From: Nitrospirota bacterium | Lineage (GTDB): Bacteria > Nitrospirota > Thermodesulfovibrionia > Thermodesulfovibrionales > Dissulfurispiraceae | NCBI GenBank assembly: GCA_040754455.1 | Contig: JBFMCP010000028.1 | Coordinates: 1-43,242 of the forward strand | Direction: 5' to 3' | Length of the DNA: 43,242 bases | Shown: positions 36,287 to 43,242 of the stretch, in pieces | Layout of the letters: each line of letters starts with the position of its first letter | Numbering within the stretch: position 1 is the stretch's first letter | The notes under the pieces: model-generated | Told to the model about the DNA's origin: nothing | The model's input: only the letters and a program-made list of their open reading frames with translations | Databases searched by the model: none | Made by a program: the position numbers and the translations under genes

Positions 36287-36322
36287 TCTCTATCGCCGGG
36301 CTGAGAGAGCGGATGCCGGAGG

Positions 36323-36790
36323 CTATGCTCCGGCACCTATTGATTCAGCTCTGACTCTTTTCTGAAATTCATGCTCGGGCCAGAATCCTGTCTCGGCCAG
36401 TGCATTGATGATCTGCTTCCTGCTGATGATCCCGACGAGTTTGTTATGCTCGACAACGGGGAGTATCGTAAAGTTGAGGGAATACATGATCTCGACAATA
36501 TCTTCGATAGGGGTTTCGGGCATCACAGTCACCGGTTGTTCGCAAACACCGTGCTCTGCATGGCCGCAGCTCATAATCGACTCAGCAGTAATTTCATACA
36601 AGGTCCTTCCCTCCCTGACCACACTGAGCACATCGTATTCGGAGACGATACCGATTACTTCGAGGTTCTCATTCACTACCGGCAGAGCTGGATAGGGACA
36701 CATGAGCCGTTTCACGATATCCGTTCCCCTGTCTTTTGCGGGAATACTTAACCGTGGGTGCATGATATCTTTCGCTGCTATGCACGACAT
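36323..36790 (-). CDS. CBS-pair protein
   Basis: AKDIM, LPVV...IGIVSEYD, AESIM, LPVV...LVGIISR; AAGGAGG RBS. Confidence 0.92.
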   Translation of the reverse strand: MSCIAAKDIMHPRLSIPAKDRGTDIVKRLMCPYPALPVVNENLEVIGIVSEYDVLSVVREGRTLYEITAESIMSCGHAEHGVCEQPVTVMPETPIEDIVEIMYSLNFTILPVVEHNKLVGIISRKQIINALAETGFWPEHEFQKRVRAESIGAGA

Positions 36791-36825
36791 AATAGTGGAC
36801 CTCCTTTGCGTTGAAGGCGTATCGG

Positions 36826-37338
36826 TTATTGATGCGTATATTCGCCGGTCTTGGCCCGTTCGATGTCCGACGGCGAACGTTCGATATATCCATAGGAGCG
36901 CGCGCCGGTCGACGTAGGGACCACCGCCCTTTTCAGGTCATTCAGTTGATTGATCAGGCCGTGGTGCTTTGCCTCGTCGGCAATGAGGTAGGAGAGGAGA
37001 AAACGGGTAAAGAACAATTCGCTCTTTGCAAAAGCGGCATCCGCGAGGCAGAGGGATTCTGCTTCCGCTTCCATGTGCTTGTTGAACATATCCGAGAGTG
37101 CATTAAGTTCATCCGGACTGATATGCACCGCCTCTTTGGTGAGGCTATCGATGATCATCTGCTGGATGAGCTTGTGCTTTTCGGAATCGTGCTTGATCGA
37201 TTCCATGATCATTTTCACGAGTGAGTTGCCGGTTTTGTTCATCAACGAATCCGCACTTGCGATGGTTTTGTCCTCCAACGCCTTCCACTTCTCCATGAGC
37301 GCCAAAAATTCCTTGGAACTCTCTGCAGGCTCTTTCAT
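36826..37338 (-). CDS. Ferritin-like four-helix-bundle protein
   Basis: E...DSEKH and E...DEAKH di-metal pattern; AGGAGG RBS before ATG at 37338. Confidence 0.75.
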   Translation of the reverse strand: MKEPAESSKEFLALMEKWKALEDKTIASADSLMNKTGNSLVKMIMESIKHDSEKHKLIQQMIIDSLTKEAVHISPDELNALSDMFNKHMEAEAESLCLADAAFAKSELFFTRFLLSYLIADEAKHHGLINQLNDLKRAVVPTSTGARSYGYIERSPSDIERAKTGEYTHQ

Positions 37339-37475
37339 GTACGTTCCCCTCCTTTGTCGAGTAAATAATCCCCTTAATAAATTTATAGCAGAAAAAAGGG
37401 GGTATTGCAACCGGACAGTACAACAACAGAAGAGACGGAGTAATGGAACAGAGGAATAATGGATCGATAAATGTC

Positions 37476-39317
37476 TTAGAGGAGCTTCCTGATCACTTTT
37501 ACGATCGCGTCTTTAGAAATTTCCTCATAATCGAGAAGCTCTTCGGGTTTTCCGCTCCGCGGGATCTTCCTGACCGCGAGAGAGTAGAAGGGCACCGGGC
37601 AGCCGGCCAGGGCGCTCCTGACCGCCTCTCCTATGCCGCCCTCGGCAACATGATCCTCTACGATGACGATCGCTTCCGTGCTGTTCGCCGCTTCGGCAAG
37701 CGTTGCCGTATCGATAGGCTTGATGCAATAGAGATCAATAACGCGGATATACGTATTCTCCTTTTTGAGCTCCGCATATGCTCCGAGCGCCTCATGGAGC
37801 GTGATGCCGGCAGCAACCACCGTGACCCGGTCATGCCCGCTCTTCCTGACTACCTTGCAACCGCCTATCGGAAATTCCTCATGCGTGCCGTAGATGAGAG
37901 GGGTGTCTTTCCTTGTAGTGCGCAGGTATACAATGCCGTTGTGCCGTGCCGCCGTTTCCACCAGCTTCTCCGTTGCGACGGCATCCGACGGATAGAGCAC
38001 GACACTGCCCAGGACCGTCCTGAACATGGCGATATCCTCCAGCCCCATCTGCGAGGCGCCGTCCTCGCCGATGGATACCCCCGCGTGGGAGCCGACGAAC
38101 TTGATGTTTGCGTCAGAGTACCTGCTCATCCTGATCTGGTCAAAAGCGCGGGTAAGGAACGCCGCAAAGGTGGAAACAAAAGGAATCTTGCCGCGAAGGG
38201 AGAGGCCGAGCGCCGCGCCGACCATATTCTGCTCGGCAATATACATTTCGAAGAAACGCTCGGGATACACTTTCTTGAAGATCTCGGCAAAGGTGGAATT
38301 CCCCACTTCCGCATCCAGTACCGCCATACCAGGGAATTCAGGAAATATCCGCACCAGGGCGTTGCCGTAGGCCCTTCGTGTCGCTACCATCTTTTCAGGA
38401 GGGTACGAAATCGCCGCTGCCTTCCGGCGCTCTTGTGTTGCAGGTCTGAGGTCCTCAGGCGGCGTTATTGTCCCCCGAAGCGACCGATCAATCTCTCCCA
38501 GATCTCCGAGCGCCCGTGGGAGGTCTTCCTTCGTGAGCGCCTTCCCGTGCCAGTTGTCGCCGTCTTCGAGGAAGGAGACCCCTTTGCCCTTGATAGTCTT
38601 TGCAATGATCATGACCGGAGCATCTCCGGGCTGCTGTGCTTGCTCATAGGCGTCAAGAATCTCGGAAAGGGAATGTCCATCGATCAAAATCGTCCTCCAT
38701 CCGAAAGAGGCAATGCGCCGATCATAGGCATGCAGGTCATGGCCGTACATAGTCTCACCCCGCTGACCCAGTCGGTTCACATCGAGTATCCCGATGAGAT
38801 TGCCCAGGCGGTAATGGGCTGCGAGCTGAAGCGCTTCCCATTGAGAGCCCTCCGCCATTTCGCTGTCCCCCAGGAGTACATACGTGCGATACGGAAGTTT
38901 ATCGATATACTTCGCATTCAGCGCCATGCCGAAGCCGATCGAAAGCCCCTGTCCGAGTGAGCCGGTGGCTGCCCCGGCATAGGGGAATGCAGCAGTCGGA
39001 TGGCCCTCGAGACGGCTACCGAACTTTCTCAAGGTCATCAGTTCCTCTTCCGCCACTTTCCCGGCTGCGGTCCACAAAGCATATAAGAGAGGAGTAGCAT
39101 GTCCCTTCGAGAAGATAAGCCGGTCATTGTTGGGGTGATCCGGATGATCAGCGTCGAACCTGAGGATACCGCCGAAAAGAAGCGCTGTCATCAGGTCGGC
39201 AGCCGAAAGCGAAGAGGTAGGATGTCCGGAGCCCGCCTCGGCTGTCGCAGTAAGAATGTAAAAGCGGACCAATCGGGCAAGCTTCTCGAGATCGGCTATT
39301 TTCTTATTATCGTGCAT
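37476..39317 (-). CDS. tkt: Transketolase
   Basis: SGHPTSS, DRLIFSKGH, LEGHP, TGSLGQG, GDSE...N TPP motif, IAEQ, EDGASQ; the short (~610 aa) type. Confidence 0.95.
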   Translation of the reverse strand: MHDNKKIADLEKLARLVRFYILTATAEAGSGHPTSSLSAADLMTALLFGGILRFDADHPDHPNNDRLIFSKGHATPLLYALWTAAGKVAEEELMTLRKFGSRLEGHPTAAFPYAGAATGSLGQGLSIGFGMALNAKYIDKLPYRTYVLLGDSEMAEGSQWEALQLAAHYRLGNLIGILDVNRLGQRGETMYGHDLHAYDRRIASFGWRTILIDGHSLSEILDAYEQAQQPGDAPVMIIAKTIKGKGVSFLEDGDNWHGKALTKEDLPRALGDLGEIDRSLRGTITPPEDLRPATQERRKAAAISYPPEKMVATRRAYGNALVRIFPEFPGMAVLDAEVGNSTFAEIFKKVYPERFFEMYIAEQNMVGAALGLSLRGKIPFVSTFAAFLTRAFDQIRMSRYSDANIKFVGSHAGVSIGEDGASQMGLEDIAMFRTVLGSVVLYPSDAVATEKLVETAARHNGIVYLRTTRKDTPLIYGTHEEFPIGGCKVVRKSGHDRVTVVAAGITLHEALGAYAELKKENTYIRVIDLYCIKPIDTATLAEAANSTEAIVIVEDHVAEGGIGEAVRSALAGCPVPFYSLAVRKIPRSGKPEELLDYEEISKDAIVKVIRKLL

Positions 39318-39397
39318 TCTCAAGCTCCAGGATCCTATTATACCAGGACTCTGTAGCACAATCCGTATTGCAGGGCACCTCAAAAGTCTCCATATTC

Positions 39398-39426
39398 TTG
39401 ACGACCTTCAAAAGCATTGATAGACT
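39398..39426 (+). promoter_or_regulatory. Sigma70 promoter of the Zn-ADH gene
   Basis: TTGACG-N17-TAGACT with TG extension. Confidence 0.55.
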
Positions 39427-39458
39427 TTTAGTATACCCTGAGAGGAAGGATATATCTG

Positions 39459-39548
39459 AAATCCTAAGCACCAAACTCTAAGCAAACCCCAAATTCTAAG
39501 CAGAGATACATAGGTTTTGAATTTTTGATCGTGCGAATTCAGGATTTC
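39459..39548. repeat. Heptamer-repeat inverted hairpin element (AAATCCT family) in the ADH leader
   Basis: Left aaatcct-aagcacc-aaactct-aagcaaa..aaattct-aagc; right ggttttg-aattttt-gatcgtg-cgaattc-aggattt. Confidence 0.75.
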
Positions 39549-39601
39549 CACCTCTGTGTCTCTGTGATCTCACGGTTACATTTTTGAAAAAGGAGGTCAC
39601 T

Positions 39602-40825
39602 ATGAAAGCGGTGGTGTTTCATGGAATAGGCGATATCAGACTGGATGACGTTCCTGAGCCGAAGATCCAGGACCCGCACGATGCGATTGTGCGGCTTACG
39701 ACCTGCGCTATCTGCGGGACCGACCTTCATATAGTCCGGGGCACCATGTCCGGCATGGAGCCCGGCACCATTCTCGGACATGAGGGCGTCGGCATTGTCG
39801 AGGAAGTCGGCTCCGCAGTGCGCAACCTCAAAGAGGGCGACCGCGTTGTCATTCCTTCGACCATCGGGTGCGGCTACTGCTCGTATTGCCGGGCGGGCTA
39901 TTTTGCACAGTGCGATAATGCCAACCCGCACGGTCCGCGGGCGGGCACCGCTTTTTTCGGCGGCCCCAGGATGTCAGGACCCTTCCACGGCCTGCAAGCG
40001 GAGCGGGCGCGCATCCCTTACGCGAACATCGGCCCGGTAAAACTCCCTGATGAGGTCACCGATGATCAGGCTATCATGCTCTCCGATATTTTCCCTACTG
40101 GGTATTTCGGAGCGGATATGGCGGAGATAAAGTCGGGAGATGTGGTGGCGGTCTTCGGGTGCGGCCCTGTCGGGCAGTTTGCGATCCTGAGCGCCTATAT
40201 GTTCGGCGCCGGAAGGGTCATCGCCGTCGACCGGGTTCCCTCTCGGCTCGACATGGCCAGAGCGCAGGGGGCTGAAGTCATTAATTTCGAAGAGGAAGAC
40301 CCGATTCAGGTGATCCTGGACCTTACCGGTGGCATCGGCGCCGACAGGGTCATCGATGCCGTCGGTGTTGATGCCGTGCATCCCCACAGAGGACCGGCGG
40401 CAAAAGATATCTGCGACAGGCACAAGGAGTTCATGGAAGAGGTAAAGCATATTACAAAAGAAGTGCATCCACCCGGCCAGCCGTGGAGGCCCGGCGATGC
40501 GCCGTCACAAGTGCTGCAGTGGGCGGTTGAGGTGGTCGATAAGGCCGGCACCATATCAGTCATCGGCGTATATCCGGAAACAGTGAAGTTCTTCCCCTTC
40601 GGCAAGGCAATGAACAAGAATCTCACGATCAACGCAGGGAACTGCAATCACCGGAAATATATTCCCCTGCTCCTCGAAATGGTCCGGAGCGGAACCGTGG
40701 ATCCGAAAGGGGTCCTCTCGAATGTCGAGACCCTGACGTCGGCAATCGATGCATACAGGGCATTCGATGAGCGGCAGCCGGGATGGGTCAAGGTCGCCCT
40801 GGTGCCCGAGGCGGCAGTCGTTTGA
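39602..40825 (+). CDS. Zinc-dependent alcohol/formaldehyde dehydrogenase (MDR family)
   Basis: ICGTDLH, GHEGVG, CGYCSYC...C, LSDIFPTG, GCGPVG; AAGGAGG RBS. Confidence 0.95.
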   Translation: MKAVVFHGIGDIRLDDVPEPKIQDPHDAIVRLTTCAICGTDLHIVRGTMSGMEPGTILGHEGVGIVEEVGSAVRNLKEGDRVVIPSTIGCGYCSYCRAGYFAQCDNANPHGPRAGTAFFGGPRMSGPFHGLQAERARIPYANIGPVKLPDEVTDDQAIMLSDIFPTGYFGADMAEIKSGDVVAVFGCGPVGQFAILSAYMFGAGRVIAVDRVPSRLDMARAQGAEVINFEEEDPIQVILDLTGGIGADRVIDAVGVDAVHPHRGPAAKDICDRHKEFMEEVKHITKEVHPPGQPWRPGDAPSQVLQWAVEVVDKAGTISVIGVYPETVKFFPFGKAMNKNLTINAGNCNHRKYIPLLLEMVRSGTVDPKGVLSNVETLTSAIDAYRAFDERQPGWVKVALVPEAAVV

Positions 40826-40835
40826 ATAACAAGGA

Positions 40836-41588
40836 TTAAAGCGTGTTCAAAAAGGCGATGATATCCTCCACCTCGCGCTGCGAGAGGTAGTTGAAGGAGG
40901 GCATGTCACTGTAAGGTTTTTTCAGTTGCTGTGCTATGTTTTCGGCGGTAGCAGGGCGGCCGCTGACAGGTAGCGCCGCCTTTCTGAGAAGACCTTTATG
41001 CCCCGGACCGATAATCGTTTTTGTGCTGCCGGGATCGTGGCATGAGAAGCACTTGGACTCATAAAGCGCTCTTCCTCTTTTTATACTTGCCGGATCTGTT
41101 TTTACCGTGATTTTTTCCTCCTTCGGGGCCCCTCCTGCCTTACGCTCCAGCGTCCTGCCCACTGCCTGGTTCGTGCCAAATTCAGTCACGAGGAGGTAAT
41201 AGCCTCCCGAAGTACCGAACATGAGGAAAGTGAGTACGGCAATGGAGATCCCTATGGCCGGCACTCTCCCGTAAAACTGCTTGTACCATTCAATGAAAGA
41301 CACTTTGATCGCAATAATGACGATTATCGCAACGGCGAACACTGCGTGAAAAGCGGCGCGTGCTGAATGCTCCGCCTTTGTGTCGATGATAAACCGCAGA
41401 CAGAAATACGCTACAAAGAGGTAAAGCAGCGTGTAGATGAGCCCGTTGATCCTGTGGATCTTCTTGAGCTGCTCTGTAGTATATTTTTTCTGAACCCTTC
41501 CAAGGGCTTCAAACATAGTGAACATGGCCACCACTGCCAGCACGAGCATGACAGCAGCGAATAGCGTCTTGAAAAGAAAGATCGGCAT
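40836..41588 (-). CDS. Membrane protein (4 TM) fused to a C-terminal monoheme cytochrome c
   Basis: TM helices with His (IHRING, FHAVFA); CFSCH and distal MP. Confidence 0.85.
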   Translation of the reverse strand: MPIFLFKTLFAAVMLVLAVVAMFTMFEALGRVQKKYTTEQLKKIHRINGLIYTLLYLFVAYFCLRFIIDTKAEHSARAAFHAVFAVAIIVIIAIKVSFIEWYKQFYGRVPAIGISIAVLTFLMFGTSGGYYLLVTEFGTNQAVGRTLERKAGGAPKEEKITVKTDPASIKRGRALYESKCFSCHDPGSTKTIIGPGHKGLLRKAALPVSGRPATAENIAQQLKKPYSDMPSFNYLSQREVEDIIAFLNTL

Positions 41589-41639
41589 TCAACCCTCCGG
41601 GAGGAGAAGAGCAATCGCTTTCCCCTCCCCGGTTCGTCT

Positions 41640-41999
41640 TTAGTAGCCAGCTGACTTTGGCGCTTTTTTCTTTAAAGATTTGATATAGGCAACCATATCC
41701 TTCATCTGTGCTGATTTCAGATCAATGGCTTTTCCTTTATTTGCATTGACGATGCAGAAGTTTATCGCCTCTTCAAGGCCCTTCTGGGTCTTTCCCATAA
41801 TGGAGAACTCTTTTTTGTCAGCCGCCTTCTCCAGCCCTCTGCCGCCGGGATGACAAGAATTGCATGCCTTTTCCCCGCCGGCGAACTTAGGATCGTTGAA
41901 AAGTGCCTTCCCTGCGTCTGCGTTGCCTGCAGCAGAAGCAGGGGACGAGATCAACCCCAGGATTACAAGGCAGCCTAAAAGCACGACCATGCGTTTCAT
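41640..41999 (-). CDS. Periplasmic monoheme cytochrome c
   Basis: Signal peptide ending ASA, GKALF, CNSCH, AINFCI; AAGGAGG RBS. Confidence 0.88.
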   Translation of the reverse strand: MKRMVVLLGCLVILGLISSPASAAGNADAGKALFNDPKFAGGEKACNSCHPGGRGLEKAADKKEFSIMGKTQKGLEEAINFCIVNANKGKAIDLKSAQMKDMVAYIKSLKKKAPKSAGY

Positions 42000-42230
42000 T
42001 TTACAATCCTCCTTAATTCATGAATGGTTCACCAACATCGATGTCCCTTACCGCCATTCTATTAAAAAAAATTCCGATGCGCAAGCGGCGGCGTCTTACG
42101 TCTGCAGGCTGGAATCCAAATAAGGTCATCATGAGGACCGGCGCGGTAAAGCAGTCATGTCTCTCCTCGTAATTCCACTTTCGGAATAGTATAATCATAG
42201 AAGCAGAGAAGCGCGGCAAGGAGATACATA

Positions 42231-43043
42231 ATGATCGAGTTCATCAGCAGCATGCATCCTGTAGTCCAGGCGCTTCTGGCAACCGGCTTTACCTGGTTCG
42301 TGACTGCGCTCGGTGCATCCTTTGTATTTCTTCACCGGGAGGTCAGCAGAAGAGTGCTCGACGGTATGCTCGGGTTCGCAAGCGGCGTCATGATCGCTGC
42401 GAGCTACTGGTCTCTCCTCGCCCCTGCCATCGAGATGTCGAGGGAGAGCAGCCTCCCTGTCTGGTTCCCGCCGGCTGCCGGTTTTCTCGCAGGCGCTGTT
42501 TTTCTCCGCATTATCGACGGCGTACTGCCGCATCTCCACCTGTGGTTTCCCTTAAAGGAGGTGGAAGGGATCAAAACCTCTTGGCGCCGCACCACGCTCC
42601 TCGTCCTGGCGGTCACCCTCCATAATATCCCCGAAGGGCTTGCCGTCGGAGTTGCCTTCGGCGCCGTCGCAGCCGGCCTCCCCGAAGCAACGCTGCCGGG
42701 CGCCCTTGCCCTCGCGCTCGGCATAGGGCTGCAGAACTTTCCCGAAGGGCTCGCCGTCTCCATGCCGCTCAGACGTGAGGGACTGTCCCGGATGAAAAGC
42801 TTCTGGTATGGTCAAGCATCGGGGATGGTCGAGCCGGTCGCCGGTCTCCTCGGTGCTGCAGCGGTCATTGTTTCAAAGCCCCTTCTGCCCTATGCCCTCA
42901 GTTTTGCTGCGGGAGCGATGATCTTTGTCACGGTTGAAGAGCTCATCCCGGAATCGCAGCGCGGCGGCAACACCGATCTGGCGACCCTCGGTGCCATTCT
43001 CGGGTTTGCCGTCATGATGATCCTCGATGTAGGGTTATCCTAA
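42231..43043 (+). CDS. ZIP-family metal transporter (GufA/ZupT-like)
   Basis: GFASGVMIAAS, LHNIPEGLAVG, QNFPEG, FAAGAMIFV..EELIPE. Confidence 0.95.
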   Translation: MIEFISSMHPVVQALLATGFTWFVTALGASFVFLHREVSRRVLDGMLGFASGVMIAASYWSLLAPAIEMSRESSLPVWFPPAAGFLAGAVFLRIIDGVLPHLHLWFPLKEVEGIKTSWRRTTLLVLAVTLHNIPEGLAVGVAFGAVAAGLPEATLPGALALALGIGLQNFPEGLAVSMPLRREGLSRMKSFWYGQASGMVEPVAGLLGAAAVIVSKPLLPYALSFAAGAMIFVTVEELIPESQRGGNTDLATLGAILGFAVMMILDVGLS

Positions 43044-43119
43044 CCCCTCCTGCAAACAACAGCGACGCTTTTCTGTTGCCCGGCCTTACACTTTTCCTTG
43101 AGGCATCAGGAACCCTTTA

Positions 43120-43242
43120 TTACGGCACATCGATTGCGTCAAGGTCGTTGGCACCCAGCCCGTACACGCTGCCGTCAAAGAAGAGCGAGTAGGTGCAGGC
43201 CGTCGTATCGCCCAGCGATGTCGGTGTGCAGACAATCACATC
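43120..43242 (-). CDS. C-terminal end of a protein entering from beyond the window, probably a secreted beta-rich protein
   Basis: Reverse strand reads DVIVCTPTSLGDTTACTYSLFFDGSVYGLGANDLDAIDVP-stop. Confidence 0.65.
   Translation of the reverse strand, partial: DVIVCTPTSLGDTTACTYSLFFDGSVYGLGANDLDAIDVP

Noticed and set aside
37443..38960. 505-aa plus-strand ORF, and similar long antisense ORFs at 30228-31319 and 32725-33810
   Set aside because: Antisense shadows of tkt, gltB and the kinase, expected from GC-rich codon usage; no motifs.
42064..42080. AAATTCCGATGC match to the 1662-1705 inverted repeat arm
   Set aside because: Only 12 nt with no complementary arm; compatible with chance.

Overview
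Bacterial chromosomal window of moderately high GC. Gene content suggests an anaerobe or microaerophile such as Nitrospirota/Thermodesulfovibrionia or a delta-proteobacterium; this is inference only. 1-14 kb is mostly housekeeping: the 5' end of tuf preceded by tRNA Thr-Tyr-Gly-Thr, a divergent tRNA Pro-Arg-His-Arg operon, lepA-lepB-ribE, ribBA, a ROK kinase, polA and HU. A CHASE2 adenylate cyclase plus class II cyclic-nucleotide phosphodiesterase sits on the opposite strand between ribE and ribBA. 14-43 kb is accessory, redox and stress genes: USP, Na/Ca antiporter, cupredoxin, YyaL, ferritin-like proteins, PfpI, cytochrome P460, SOD, TrxR-like, gltB without gltD, two hybrid kinases, nth, CBS proteins, transketolase, Zn-ADH, c-type cytochromes and a ZIP transporter. 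No transposase, integrase, CRISPR array or rRNA was seen. Two observations stand out. (1) About 14 dispersed 50-105 nt elements are each built from two complementary arms of degenerate 7-nt tandem repeats. They use several different heptamer families and follow seven of the eight tRNAs. (2) polA is split by an ATGA overlap inside the start of the 3'-5' exonuclease domain, next to one of these hairpins, and the second polypeptide begins with a clamp-binding-like motif (QHSLF).
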